A stretch of DNA of 64,000 nucleotides, from IMG/VR virus record IMGVR_UViG_3300046167_000801; one strand, given 5' to 3'. The position numbers were made by a program, and so were the translations under genes. The stretch is from a virus. Taxonomy: Duplodnaviria > Caudoviricetes. Position 1 is the stretch's first letter. Every line of letters begins with the position of its first letter. The notes beneath the pieces were generated by a model. It worked only from the letters and a program-made list of their open reading frames with translations, was not told where the DNA came from and ran no database searches. This document shows, piece after piece, positions 8,823 to 20,500 of the stretch.

Positions 8823-9839
8823 ATGTCAGTATTATTAGTAGACGGAGATAACTTACTTACAATCGGATTTTATGGAGTAAAAAATTACTTCTATAAGGGT
8901 GACCATATTGGTGGTATATATCATTTCATTAATACTTTAAGAAAATCATTTGAACTTTATAGGTTAGACAAAATAGTTGTCTTTTGGGACGGAGAAGATG
9001 GATCCGCGACAAGAAGAAAAATGTATCATAGATACAAAGAGAATAGAAGACAACGAATTCGTACCGACAAAGAAAAAGAGTCATACACAAGACAAAGAAG
9101 AAGAGTCCAACAATACTTAGAAGAATTATACGTAAGACAAGGTGAGTTTGAATTTTGTGAGACAGACGACTGTATCGCATACTACTCTCAACAATCAAAC
9201 GAAAACACAATAGTCTATTCTTCAGATGGGGACCTAGCACAGTTAGTTTCTGACACCACTAAGGTATATAACCCTTCACACAGGAAACTTTACGGTCAAA
9301 ATGATATAATACTATACGAACACCAAGAAATACACATACAGAACGTTAAAATCGTTAAAATAGTTTGTGGGGATAGATCGGACAATATTGCGGGGATTAA
9401 AAACATGGGCATTAAGAAGTTCATTAAGTTATTCCCTGAATTGAAAGACACCCCACTAGGTATTGAATATGTTATTGAAAAATGTAATAAGTTATTTGAA
9501 GAGGATAAGTATAATAATACTGTCAAAAACTTACTTACAGGTGTTACTAAATACGGTGTTTTCGGGGAAGAATTTTTTAACCTCAATGAGAGTATCGTAA
9601 GTTTAGATCAACCGTTTCTCACGGATGTAGCGAGAGAAACAATCACAGACCTTATACACGAAAAATTGGATCCCGAAGGAAGATCCTATAAGAACACGAT
9701 GAAGATGATGATGGAGGATGGGATATTTACAGTTCTACCTAAATCAGATGACGCGTGGATAAAGTTCCTTAATCCTTTCTTACGTTTAACACGTAAGGAA
9801 AAAAATAAAAGAGTTATAAAAATTAAAACAAATGAGTAA
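8823..9839 (+). CDS. 5'-3' exonuclease / flap endonuclease (T4 RNase H / PolA N-terminal-like)
   Basis: LLVDGDNL, ETDDCIA, SSDGDLAQL and GDRSDNIAGIKNMGIKK (H3TH) motifs. Confidence 0.85.
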   Translation: MSVLLVDGDNLLTIGFYGVKNYFYKGDHIGGIYHFINTLRKSFELYRLDKIVVFWDGEDGSATRRKMYHRYKENRRQRIRTDKEKESYTRQRRRVQQYLEELYVRQGEFEFCETDDCIAYYSQQSNENTIVYSSDGDLAQLVSDTTKVYNPSHRKLYGQNDIILYEHQEIHIQNVKIVKIVCGDRSDNIAGIKNMGIKKFIKLFPELKDTPLGIEYVIEKCNKLFEEDKYNNTVKNLLTGVTKYGVFGEEFFNLNESIVSLDQPFLTDVARETITDLIHEKLDPEGRSYKNTMKMMMEDGIFTVLPKSDDAWIKFLNPFLRLTRKEKNKRVIKIKTNE

Positions 9840-10284
9840 CAACGAAACTACAAAACTTGAATTTCTACTAACCTTGAATGATAATATTATCTGTCAGAGG
9901 TTCTTTAATGTCAGAGGATTTAACCCAAAAGTTAAAAGATCTTTGAATCTTCACTACGATGTGAAAAATATTTGTGAAGAAATCGAAGAAAATTTGAAAC
10001 AAAAAACTTTGGATTATCTACACAAAGATCAACATTATTTTCCCGTTTTCGACCCTTCCAACAACGAAGGTCCGGACCCAGATGAATACTTCAGAGTAGA
10101 GATTAAGCAGAATGACGATGTATTTATTTCAAGAGCATTCCCTGCACATATCTATCACCCTAAAGTGAGATATTCTGTGGACATTCGACCGATCTTAAGA
10201 AGAGTATTAGGTGGACTAAGTGAGACCTTCTCTTTAGAGGATATAACAACAAAATATATGAATTATAATTTACAACAAAACTAA
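9832..10284 (+). CDS. Hypothetical protein (150 aa)
   Basis: ORF overlapping the upstream stop, within the replication operon. Confidence 0.7.
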   Translation: MSNNETTKLEFLLTLNDNIICQRFFNVRGFNPKVKRSLNLHYDVKNICEEIEENLKQKTLDYLHKDQHYFPVFDPSNNEGPDPDEYFRVEIKQNDDVFISRAFPAHIYHPKVRYSVDIRPILRRVLGGLSETFSLEDITTKYMNYNLQQN

Positions 10285-10290
10285 AGTACT

Positions 10291-11682
10291 ATGAGTGAGA
10301 TGAACTTCGGAAAATTAGGAAATCAATTCCAACAAGCATTAATAAAATCAATTATTGAAGACGCCAAATATGGTGAACAAATAATGGAGGTTTTAGAAAG
10401 TAGGTACTTTGACAATAATTCATTTAAATATATTATTACACATGTAAAAGAGTTACAGGATATATATAAAACTATTCCGACATACGAGACTCTTAAACAG
10501 AAGATAATGACTGAAACGTCAAATAATCCACTAGCAGGTAGGTTACATAGTGAGACACTACATTCAATAGAGAACTTAGAAGAGGTTGTAGTGGGTCAGA
10601 CATATGTAAAGGACACGGCACTTAACTTTTGTAAACAACAAAATTTAAGAAAAACAATGAGTGAGGCATTAAAAATCATTGATAAAGGAGATTTTGAGTC
10701 ATATGACAAAATTGCGGATATGGTTAATACGTCACTACAAGTGGGAGCTACAGACGATGATATCGTTGATATATTCGATGACCTTGACAATGCATTAGAT
10801 ATCGATCCAAGAATACCTATACCAACAGGTATAAGTGGATTGGATGATCTTTTAAAAGGTGGTATTGGTACAGGTGAGTTAGGTATGATACTAGCACCCA
10901 CAGGTGTTGGTAAATCAACTATTTTGACAAAGTTTGCTAACACCGCAGCAAACACTGGTCACAAAGTAGTACAAATATTTTTCGAAGATACTCAAACACA
11001 AATTAGACAGAAACATTTCACTTGTTGGTCTGGTTTTAGTTCTGACCAACAGACTGAATCACCTGATATGAAATTACAGACAATCGCGAAGGCACGTGAA
11101 TGTCAAGAAAGAGAAAATTTTGGTGGTTTAAAAATCATCAGAATGGAAAACTACAACACCACTGTTAGTGATGTTAAAAGAAAATTACTAAAATTACAAT
11201 CACAAGGATTCAAAGCAGACTTAGTTGTTATTGATTATGTGGATTGTATGATTGCGGATAGGTCTAAAGGATATGATGAAGAGTGGAAAGGAGAAGGGTC
11301 AGTTATTAGACAATTAGACGCAATGTGTTATGACTTAAATGTGGCGTTATGGACGGCATCCCAAGGTAATAGAAGTTCAATATCTGCGGACATTGTGAAT
11401 GTTGATGATATGGGTGGGTCAATTAAAAAGGCACAGACAGCACATATAATTCTTTCAATTGCAAAGAGTTTAGAACAAAAAGACAATAAGACGGCTAATA
11501 TGAGTTTAATTAAGTCGCGAGTTGGTAGAGATGGAGTTAACTTTAACAACTGTAAATTTGATAACGAATTTATGGAAATCGATGTCACGGAACAAGAAAC
11601 CTTATTGGGTCATCAAATGAGGAAACAAGAACAAGGTATCAACCGTGCTGCAGAGATTTACAAACAAACTCACAATATATAA
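10291..11682 (+). CDS. dnaB: DnaB/gp41-like replicative helicase
   Basis: TGISGLDDLLKGG, Walker A LAPTGVGKS, LVVIDYVD, WTASQGNR and IKSRVG motifs. Confidence 0.9.
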   Translation: MSEMNFGKLGNQFQQALIKSIIEDAKYGEQIMEVLESRYFDNNSFKYIITHVKELQDIYKTIPTYETLKQKIMTETSNNPLAGRLHSETLHSIENLEEVVVGQTYVKDTALNFCKQQNLRKTMSEALKIIDKGDFESYDKIADMVNTSLQVGATDDDIVDIFDDLDNALDIDPRIPIPTGISGLDDLLKGGIGTGELGMILAPTGVGKSTILTKFANTAANTGHKVVQIFFEDTQTQIRQKHFTCWSGFSSDQQTESPDMKLQTIAKARECQERENFGGLKIIRMENYNTTVSDVKRKLLKLQSQGFKADLVVIDYVDCMIADRSKGYDEEWKGEGSVIRQLDAMCYDLNVALWTASQGNRSSISADIVNVDDMGGSIKKAQTAHIILSIAKSLEQKDNKTANMSLIKSRVGRDGVNFNNCKFDNEFMEIDVTEQETLLGHQMRKQEQGINRAAEIYKQTHNI

Positions 11683-11706
11683 TCATTAACCTAAATACAT
11701 TAAAAC

Positions 11707-12681
11707 ATGACTGAAAAGATTTTACAAGAAAATCCTGGACGATTTGTCCTTTTCCCTATCGAACATCACGATATATGGAAATATTATAAACAACAAGAAG
11801 CATCCTTTTGGACTGCGGAAGAAATAGACCTAATGCAAGATGTTAGCGATTGGTCTAATAAGTTAAATGACGATGAGAAACATTTTGTTAAACACGTTTT
11901 GGCGTTCTTCGCAGCATCTGACGGTATTGTAAACGAGAACCTCGCAGAAAACTTCGTAAATGAAGTACAATATACTGAGGCTAAGTTTTTCTACGGTTTC
12001 CAAATTGCAATGGAAAATATTCATAGTGAAACTTATTCATTGTTAATTGATACACTTATTAAAGATAAGGATGAACAAAATAAGTTATTTAACGCGGTCG
12101 AAACAATTCCTGCAATTAAGAAAAAGGCGGATTGGGCACTTAAATGGATCGAGTCTGATTCATTTGCGGAGAGACTTATTGCATTCGCAGCGGTAGAGGG
12201 TATTTTCTTTTCAGGATCATTTTGTTCCATATTCTGGCTCAAAAAACGTGGTTTAATGCCGGGATTAACCTTCTCCAATGAACTCATTTCGAGAGACGAG
12301 GGGTTACATTGTGATTTTGCGTGTCACCTATACAACGAACATATCTCTAAAAAATTAAGTAAAACAAGAATTAAAGAGATTATTCTTTCTGCATTAGAGA
12401 TTGAAAAAGAATTCATTCTTGAAGCGTTACCTGTTAGGTTAATTGGTATGAACTCTGAACTAATGTCACAATATCTTGAGTTTGTTACTGATAGATTATT
12501 AGATTCTTTAGGTGTAGCAAAACATTTTAAATCTGAAAATCCATTTGATTTTATGCAAAACATTGCATTACAAGGGAAGACTAACTTTTTTGAGAAAAGA
12601 GTAGCGGAATACCAAAAGGCTGGTGTCAATAACGAAACCGAAGAGGACATAGATTCTGCGTTCGGGGATATGGATTTTTAA
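11707..12681 (+). CDS. nrdB: Ribonucleotide reductase class Ia beta subunit
   Basis: [41 protein letters not shown] and RDEGLH diiron/tyrosyl motifs; NFFEKRV C-terminus. Confidence 0.97.
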   Translation: MTEKILQENPGRFVLFPIEHHDIWKYYKQQEASFWTAEEIDLMQDVSDWSNKLNDDEKHFVKHVLAFFAASDGIVNENLAENFVNEVQYTEAKFFYGFQIAMENIHSETYSLLIDTLIKDKDEQNKLFNAVETIPAIKKKADWALKWIESDSFAERLIAFAAVEGIFFSGSFCSIFWLKKRGLMPGLTFSNELISRDEGLHCDFACHLYNEHISKKLSKTRIKEIILSALEIEKEFILEALPVRLIGMNSELMSQYLEFVTDRLLDSLGVAKHFKSENPFDFMQNIALQGKTNFFEKRVAEYQKAGVNNETEEDIDSAFGDMDF

Positions 12682-12692
12682 TACGGGTAAAG

Positions 12693-15149
12693 ATGAAAGT
12701 AAAAAAGAGAAATGGTTCGTTAGAACAAATGAAATATGATAAGATCACAAGAAGAATTTCTGCATTGTGTTCTGATCTAAATTTAGATTACGTAGATCCA
12801 ACGTATATTACCTTAAAAGTGACTCAAGGAATATATGATGAAATAACCACAACAGAGTTAGACACATTAGCGGCGGAAACCGCAGCGTCTATGACGACAA
12901 CTCACCCCGACTATTCAAAATTAGCGGGTAGGTTGGCAGTTACTAATTTACATAAAACCACACCTAAGAAATTTTCACAATCTATAAAGGAACTATATTC
13001 TTTTATAGAACCAAGAACGGGTAAAGAGTCTTCATTAATATCTGAAGATCTTTATAATTTTGTTATGAAAAACAAAACCGCAATTGATGGTGCGATTGTA
13101 CAGGAAAGGGACTTTGATTTTGATTATTTCGGGTTTAAAACGTTGGAGAGATCTTATCTTTTAAAAATTAGTGGTAGAATTATCGAGAGACCTCAATACA
13201 TGTATATGAGAGTTGCCATGGGTATATGTAAGGGAGATATAGATATGGGTATTAGAATATACAATGATCTATCACAACATTTCTATACACACGCTACACC
13301 AACCTTATTTAATGCGGGTACTAGAAGACCACAAATGTCTTCTTGTTTTCTTATAGGAAATAAAGGTGACGATATAAATGCGTTATTTGATACTGTTAAG
13401 GATGTTGCGAATATTTCTAAATGGGCAGGTGGAATTGGTTTACACGTACATGATGTTAGAGCTAAAGGTTCATATATTAAAGGGACTGGTGGAGAATCCG
13501 ATGGGTTGTTACCGATGATGAAGACATATAATGAAGTTGCGAGATGGATTAATCAAGGTGGTAAAAGAAAAGGTTCTTTTGCTATCTACTTAGAACCATG
13601 GCACGCGGATGTATTCGAATTTATTGAATTAAGAAAAAACCATGGTAAGGAAGAAATGAGAGCAAGAGATTTATTTCTAGCAATGTGGACTCCTGATTTA
13701 TTCATGGAAAGAGTCAAACAAGATGGTGAATGGACATTATTTTCACCTGATGAGGCACCTGGATTGTCTGATGTCTACGACTCACCTGATTCTAAAGATT
13801 TTACAGAGTTGTACGAAAAGTACGAACAACAGGGTAAAGGTAGGAGAGTTGTGAGAGCAAGAAAATTAATGGACGCAATATTAACTGCACAGATTGAAAC
13901 GGGTACACCTTATATGTTATATAAGGATTCAGCCAACTCTAAGTCTAATCAAAAGAATTTGGGTACAATTAAATCTTCCAATTTATGTACTGAAATTATT
14001 GAATATAGTTCACCTACTGAACAGGCGGTCTGTAATTTAGCATCAATTGCATTACCAAAATACATCGTTGATGGAGAGTTTAATCACGATCTATTATATC
14101 AGTATGTTTATCAAGTTGTTAGAAATTTGAATAACGTGATTGATTTAAACTTCTATCCAACAGAAGAGACTAAGAGGTCTAATCTAAAACATAGACCGAT
14201 CGGTTTAGGAATACAAGGATTGGCAGATGTTTTTTGTAAACTTAAATTACCTTTTGAGTCTGAAATTGCGGATACATTACAAACAGATATATTCGAAACA
14301 ATATATTTTGCGGCGATGACTTCGTCTAAAGACTTATCCTCGGAAGTTGGTCCTTATGAATCCATTTCAGGATCACCTATTGAGAAGGGTATATTTCAAT
14401 ACCAAATGTGGGGGTTAAAGGATAAAGACCTATCAGGAAGATGGGATTGGAAATCACTTAGAAAGGAAGTAGTAAAATATGGTGTGAGAAATTCACTTTT
14501 ATTAGCACCAATGCCAACGGCATCGACTGCACAGATTTTAGGTAATAATGAGGCATTTGAACCATTCACTTCAAACCTATACTCAAGACGAACGTTAGGA
14601 GGGGAATTTATTGTAATTAATAAACACCTTGTGGAGAGTTTAATGGAGAACGATTTATGGAGTGATGAAATTAAAAATAAACTTATATTAGAGAATGGGT
14701 CCGTACAAAACATTCCCGAGATTCCTGTAGACGTAAAAGAGATTTATAAAACTGTTTGGGAAATGTCTCAAAAAACTTTATTAAATATGGCAGCGAAAAG
14801 GTCAGTTTTTATTGATCAATCACAGTCATTAAATCTTTTTATAAGTAATGCGACCAAGGCGAAGTTATTGGCGGCACATTTACATGGATGGAATTTAGGT
14901 TTAAAAACAGGAATGTATTATCTAAGGACAAAATCTGCGGTTGACCCACTTAAGGGATTAGGTGTGAGTACTACAAGGACTCAACCAACAGAACAAAACA
15001 CTGAAGATAATAATGAGGTGGATGAAAAACCTAAACCAAATGTTACATCTAATTCATTAATAAGTGATAATAAAGAATTACAAATGGTTTCACAACCTAC
15101 AATACGACCTGACGACTCACCTTTTGAGTGTGAAGGGTGTGGTTCTTAA
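12693..15149 (+). CDS. nrdA: Ribonucleotide reductase class Ia alpha subunit with ATP-cone
   Basis: N-terminal VKKRNG ATP-cone, ATPTLFNAG, SSCFL, SNLCTEI, APMPTAST and a C-terminal CEGC pair. Confidence 0.97.
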   Translation: MKVKKRNGSLEQMKYDKITRRISALCSDLNLDYVDPTYITLKVTQGIYDEITTTELDTLAAETAASMTTTHPDYSKLAGRLAVTNLHKTTPKKFSQSIKELYSFIEPRTGKESSLISEDLYNFVMKNKTAIDGAIVQERDFDFDYFGFKTLERSYLLKISGRIIERPQYMYMRVAMGICKGDIDMGIRIYNDLSQHFYTHATPTLFNAGTRRPQMSSCFLIGNKGDDINALFDTVKDVANISKWAGGIGLHVHDVRAKGSYIKGTGGESDGLLPMMKTYNEVARWINQGGKRKGSFAIYLEPWHADVFEFIELRKNHGKEEMRARDLFLAMWTPDLFMERVKQDGEWTLFSPDEAPGLSDVYDSPDSKDFTELYEKYEQQGKGRRVVRARKLMDAILTAQIETGTPYMLYKDSANSKSNQKNLGTIKSSNLCTEIIEYSSPTEQAVCNLASIALPKYIVDGEFNHDLLYQYVYQVVRNLNNVIDLNFYPTEETKRSNLKHRPIGLGIQGLADVFCKLKLPFESEIADTLQTDIFETIYFAAMTSSKDLSSEVGPYESISGSPIEKGIFQYQMWGLKDKDLSGRWDWKSLRKEVVKYGVRNSLLLAPMPTASTAQILGNNEAFEPFTSNLYSRRTLGGEFIVINKHLVESLMENDLWSDEIKNKLILENGSVQNIPEIPVDVKEIYKTVWEMSQKTLLNMAAKRSVFIDQSQSLNLFISNATKAKLLAAHLHGWNLGLKTGMYYLRTKSAVDPLKGLGVSTTRTQPTEQNTEDNNEVDEKPKPNVTSNSLISDNKELQMVSQPTIRPDDSPFECEGCGS

Positions 15150-15171
15150 TCACTTTTTTATTATTTTTTTT

Positions 15172-15197
15172 AAACCCACCGTAATGGTGGGTTTTTT
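15172..15197 (+). terminator. Intrinsic terminator after nrdA
   Basis: AAACCCACC-GTAAT-GGTGGGTTT inverted repeat followed by a T run. Confidence 0.85.
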
Positions 15198-15223
15198 ATT
15201 TACAACCATTTTAGTATTGAATA

Positions 15224-15231
15224 TATTTATT
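15224..15231 (+). promoter_or_regulatory. TATTTATT putative late promoter motif
   Basis: Immediately upstream of ATG 15235, the start of the baseplate block. Confidence 0.55.
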
Positions 15232-15234
15232 AGT

Positions 15235-15687
15235 ATGGCAGTAACGTATGGAATTGACTTTCCTTTTAGAGAAAGTCTCACAGGAGATTATTTAAAAATG
15301 ACTACAACCCCTGAAAAAGAGGTTAGAGGGAATCTTATTCACCTTATTCTTACTAAAAAGGGTAGTAGATATTATTTACCTGATTTTGGGACTAGGATAT
15401 ATCAATACATCTTTGATCAAAATGACATGGTTACATTCAACTTAATAGAAGAAGAAATAAGAGAGGGGTGTAAGAAGTACTTACCAAACCTTGACATAAA
15501 CTCAATAAAAGTAATTTCCTCAGAAGATGATTCTGACCCCGTTACAACGGTAGATGAAGAGGATGATGAAAGATTATTTAGACTTGCGGACGAATCAACT
15601 AAACCATACACCGCAAAAGTAAAAATTGATTACACAGTTAATAATGGTGCGTTTTCGTCATCAGATTTTATAATAATTAATATATAA
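15235..15687 (+). CDS. Baseplate wedge subunit, T4 gp25/gpW-like
   Basis: NLIHLILTKKGSRYYLPDFGTRIYQYIFD matches the GPW_gp25 signature. True start taken as MAVTYGIDFPF because the listed 15064 start runs through nrdA and its terminator. Confidence 0.85.
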   Translation: MAVTYGIDFPFRESLTGDYLKMTTTPEKEVRGNLIHLILTKKGSRYYLPDFGTRIYQYIFDQNDMVTFNLIEEEIREGCKKYLPNLDINSIKVISSEDDSDPVTTVDEEDDERLFRLADESTKPYTAKVKIDYTVNNGAFSSSDFIIINI

Positions 15688-15688
15688 G

Positions 15689-17521
15689 ATGGCAAAAAAA
15701 ATATCATACGCTAAAAGAGACTTCGCAGGATTAAGGGAGGAATTGGTTAATTTAACTAAGGACTTTTATCCCGATTTAATAAAGAACACTAACGACGCAT
15801 CGATCTATTCGGTGATGTTAGATCTTAACGCCGCAATAGGTGATAACCTACACTACCACATAGATAGAGTTTGGCAAGAGACTATGTTAGACTTTGCACA
15901 ACAAAGAAGATCACTTTTTCATATTGCAAAAACATACGGTATTAATGTACCGGGTAATAGACCATCGGTTGCGTTGTCTGATTTTTCAGTAAACGTACCT
16001 GTAAGAGGTGATAAAGAAGATGAAAGATATTTGGGAATACTCAAGGCAGGGGCACAAGTTTCAGGTGGAGGACAAACGTTTGAAACAATAGAGGACATTG
16101 ATTTCTCAAGTCCGTTCAATAGTAAAGGAGAACCAAATAGACTTAAAATACCAAATTTCGATAGTAATAATAAGTTAGTATCATACACTATCACTAAGAG
16201 AGATGCGATAGTCAATGGGGTGTCAAGAGTTTTCAGAAGAGTAATAGGGGCACAAGATCAGAAACCATTCTTAAAATTATTTTTACCTGAACAAAACGTG
16301 TTAGGTGTAACGTCAATAATTCATAAGGAAGGAACTAACTTCACATCTAATCCATCGACATCTGAATTCCAAAGTGAAAAAAATAGGTGGTATGAAGTTA
16401 AGAGTTTGATGGAAGATAAGGTATTTCTCCCAAACAAAACTAAGTCCTCGGATACGGATAACTTTACTGCGGGAGATTACAAAAGAGTAAGTAATAAATT
16501 TATTTCAGAATATACACCTGAAGGTTATATGTCAGTGACTTTTGGTTCTGGTAATATAGATCCATTAGATAATTTAGATTCATTTAACGATGGTACGTTA
16601 AAAGTAAATTTAGGTACATACCTTAACAATCTTTCCTTAGGTGCAACTCCAAAGAAAAACTCCACAGTCTTCATAAAATATAGAGTAGGTGGGGGTAAAA
16701 ACAGTAATCTTGGTGTTAATGTCATCAATAGTGTTGATAATGTTGAATTTAATGTAACAGGACCATTAGGAAATATTAATAGTCAGGTAATACGTTCACT
16801 AAACGCTACCAATGTTACACCTGCAGTAGGTGGGGCGGACCAACCAACAATTGAAGAAATAAGAAATATGGTTGGGTATAATTTTGCGGCTCAAGATAGG
16901 GCAGTAACACTTAACGATTATAAAGTTTTAATAGAGACCATGCCGTCTACGTATGGAGCACCCGCGAAAGTAAATGTGATGGAGGAAGATAATAAAGTTA
17001 AAATAAAACTTCTATCCTATGATGATGAGGGTAACTTAAATGACACTGTATCAACTACACTTAAAAACAACATTTTAAGGTATCTAACAAACTATAGAAT
17101 GATCAATGACTATATTGATATACAAAGTGGAGAAGTACTTGATTTGGGGTTAGAAATTGATTTATTAGTTGATAAAAACATTAATCAGACAGATATACTA
17201 AAAGATGTGGTTTCTAAATCTACATCGTTCTTTAATATTGAGAAAAGAAAAATGGGTGACCCACTATTCGTAGGTGAGTTACAGAAAGAAATATCAAATA
17301 TCTCAGGTATTGTTAATGTTGTTGATTTAAGAGTTTTTGGAAAGACAGGTGGAGAATATTCCACGGCAGAGGTAAGTCAAGGTTATAGTGACGAAGAGAC
17401 AAAACAAGTTGCCCAATCAGATTCAACAATTTTTATGAAGAGTAATCAAATCTTCCAAATTAGATTCCCTAATAAAGATATAAAAATTAGGGTTAAATCT
17501 TTGGGTTCCACTACATTTTAA
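15689..17521 (+). CDS. Baseplate wedge subunit, T4 gp6 / Baseplate J-like
   Basis: RDFAGLREEL N-terminus, AQQRRSLFHIAKTYG, FGSG, YRVGGG..SN and GGAD..TIEEIR...FAAQDRAVT.NDY motifs. Confidence 0.85.
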   Translation: MAKKISYAKRDFAGLREELVNLTKDFYPDLIKNTNDASIYSVMLDLNAAIGDNLHYHIDRVWQETMLDFAQQRRSLFHIAKTYGINVPGNRPSVALSDFSVNVPVRGDKEDERYLGILKAGAQVSGGGQTFETIEDIDFSSPFNSKGEPNRLKIPNFDSNNKLVSYTITKRDAIVNGVSRVFRRVIGAQDQKPFLKLFLPEQNVLGVTSIIHKEGTNFTSNPSTSEFQSEKNRWYEVKSLMEDKVFLPNKTKSSDTDNFTAGDYKRVSNKFISEYTPEGYMSVTFGSGNIDPLDNLDSFNDGTLKVNLGTYLNNLSLGATPKKNSTVFIKYRVGGGKNSNLGVNVINSVDNVEFNVTGPLGNINSQVIRSLNATNVTPAVGGADQPTIEEIRNMVGYNFAAQDRAVTLNDYKVLIETMPSTYGAPAKVNVMEEDNKVKIKLLSYDDEGNLNDTVSTTLKNNILRYLTNYRMINDYIDIQSGEVLDLGLEIDLLVDKNINQTDILKDVVSKSTSFFNIEKRKMGDPLFVGELQKEISNISGIVNVVDLRVFGKTGGEYSTAEVSQGYSDEETKQVAQSDSTIFMKSNQIFQIRFPNKDIKIRVKSLGSTTF

Positions 17522-17569
17522 AATTCTTTTTCTGTATTATTATTAATTAAGGGAAATTAGGTTCCAATC

Positions 17570-17577
17570 TATTTATA
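17570..17577 (+). promoter_or_regulatory. TATTTATA putative late promoter motif
   Basis: Upstream of ATG 17582. Confidence 0.55.
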
Positions 17578-17581
17578 TGAT

Positions 17582-20500
17582 ATGATGCAGAAACACAGAA
17601 TACGTACTGAAATAGGTAATAATCAAAAATTGACTGTAGAGTTAAAACAAGATTATGACTTATTAGAAATACTTTCACTCAAATTTAGTCAAAAAGATGC
17701 ATACACATCTCTTTGTGCTGATTATGGGGTTGTTTGTGGTAGGATCACTGCGAACCAAGGGTTTGGTGTTGCAAATGCAAGGGTCTCTATTTTTATACCC
17801 TTGGATGATGTTGATGAACAAGATCCTGTAGTATCTGCACTTTACCCATATAAATTAACACAGGACACAAATACAGACGGATACAAGTACAATCTTTTCC
17901 CAAAAAGAAAACAACATACAGGACATACTCCTACAGGTACATTTCCTGACCAAGAAGACATTCTAACAAGGGAGGAGGTACTATATGTTTATGAAAAATA
18001 TTATAAGTATACTGTAAAGACTAACGACGCTGGTGATTTTATGATATGGGGAGTTCCTGTTGGTAAACAAACAATACATGTAGATGTAGATTTATCAGAC
18101 ATGGGATGTCAGTCGTTAGTACCTTATGATTTTATTTATGAGGGAGTTTCTGAAGAAAAGTTTGAAAACAATTACTCATTTAGAAGTAGTTCCGATATTG
18201 GAAGTTTACCACAGACATTAACTTTTGAGGAAAGTTTAGAAGTTTATCCTTTTTGGGGTAACGAGGATTTATGTGAAATAGGAATTACAAGAACAGATTA
18301 TGATTTATCCGAACAAGGTATTAGAATAGAACCATACTCAATCATGATGGGAGGGACTTTCACTGATTCAGGAAAGGATTCGGTAAGAGTTAGGTGTAAT
18401 GTTGATAACCAAATGGGGGAAAAATGTGCACTCGTAACTGGTGAAGGTGATATCGAGGCAATTAGATTTTCTGGATATTATGAGGAAAATAATGATGGGA
18501 CACCAAATTTCGAAAGACCAATATTAGAGGCAATACAGTTGGATTCCCAAATAGATAAAGAAGGTAATTTCTTTTTTAGAGTACCCATGAATATGGGATA
18601 CAGAATTACAAATGAATTTGGTGAATTAGTGGAAACTAAAGATACCCAAAGGGGAATACCTACAAGAGGAACTTATAGATTTAGATTTTCGTTACAAAAT
18701 GATAATGGTCAGAAAAAACAATACAGGGGTAAGTATTTGGTACCACAAGTTAAAGAACATCAATTAAGTGGTGAGATTCATCCCAACGCGTACACATTCT
18801 CAGATAATTTAGATGATTACCCTTCCGATTCACATGATGATATTACGGGTATTAATAATAATGGGTTTGCAAATGACATGTTTTACTCTTTTAGATACAA
18901 TAGGGTTTATACGGTATCGTCATTTATTAACCAATACCATAATAAATCTTGGGGTGAACGAGTATTCCCGTTTTTTGCAAAAGATAGAAATGAATCCTTT
19001 ATCGGTATAAAAGAAATACAACCCTCCATTGAAGAAGATTGTTCGAATAATAACGAGTACTTCCCAATTACTGATGCGGTTAGAAATCACAAATTTAAGT
19101 TCCTAATCACAACGATCTTAAATTTTTTGGAAAGACTTTATTTAATTATTACTCAATTTGCATTTGATTTCATTGTTGAGTTCATATTTGATGTTTCTGA
19201 AATCCTTTACGACATTAAAATTCCTGTCGTTAAATACAGACCTTTCAAAAGTACCGCAAGAAGAATTTCCAGATTCGCACGACAAATTCAAATTGCCACA
19301 ATTAGAAATTTAGAATTAATTAATTATCCTGATTGTTATGAATGTTCAAAAGATCCACTAACGGGTAGTGACGGAACCCCTGGTGGAGATACATACGAGA
19401 TAGTTCTTATAAATGATGATGGGGACGAAATAGAATTCCCAACTGGTTCCACTAGTAGTTACCTAGAGTCGATTGTTAACGCTTCGGGTTTGACCGCGGT
19501 GAACAGTAATATAGTTACTAACCACCCATATGACCCAAATGACGGTACTTCAAGTGGTTCTCCCGATTATTTAGATTTAACTATAACAGGTGGACATCCT
19601 GATAAAAACTATATTATAAAATTTATTGTTGAACCAGAAGTTGGATATACTGATCCCAATACAGGAGAATACATAATTACATCACAGGCGGTATATTATT
19701 ATCTATTTATTGGATATGGATCTGATTCTCCGGTAAACGATTCAGTTACTGGAAGGTATGATGGTCTTTCGTACGAGATATTTACTGCCTACTATGATAG
19801 CAACAATACAGATATGAGTGGTTCCTTACCCGATGAATACCCGGGAACTGTATTATCCGCTGTTGGTCAATTTACCATCCACACCGTCTATTTCTATGGT
19901 GAAAAACAGGTAAATACGACTTCTAATGATTTAGCGGAATCCGGTTGTTCTAAATATGATACCATTTACGATCCTGATAATGACATGTCATTAAAGGCGT
20001 ATTTGAATAATGCTGGAGGGACAAATGATTACAATTATTGGGTTGGGGTTGGTTCACAAGGAAGTGCTTATCCCGACATCTTTATAGACACTGAAGATCC
20101 GTGTAACTATACCCCACCATCATTTGATATCGTGGCATCAATTAGTGCGTGGTATAAGGAAGCTGGTAAAACGGGTGATCCATATACCTCAAGAAGATGT
20201 AGGATAGCGGACGGACACGCACCAGATAGAGAAACAGGAATCCCTGCAGGTACTGCGTCAGGACATTCAGAATTTAGAGACGGTGTCTATACTTTAATTG
20301 CGGCTGCGGGTAAAAATAGAGCAATGATTCTAAACTACTCAAGAAGAAAATTACTCGGAAAACTTATGTGTGGGGGTATAACATCATACACATTTAGTAA
20401 TAGTTGGTTAAATGGGTCATTATACTTCTTCCAATTTAGAAGAAGAAAAGGGGGTAATAATGCAAAATATTGTAAAGATGTTATACATCGGGAAGTAGAC

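Noticed and set aside
10291-15149. Inteins or introns in dnaB, nrdB or nrdA, common in large phages
   Set aside because: The ORFs are continuous and of normal length, with no intein splice motifs or endonuclease insertions seen.
15064-15234. N-terminal extensions given by the ORF track (15064, 48972, 49686, 57565)
   Set aside because: These starts run through the upstream gene, terminators or promoters. Downstream ATGs (15235, 48990, 49755, 57598) give more plausible N-termini.
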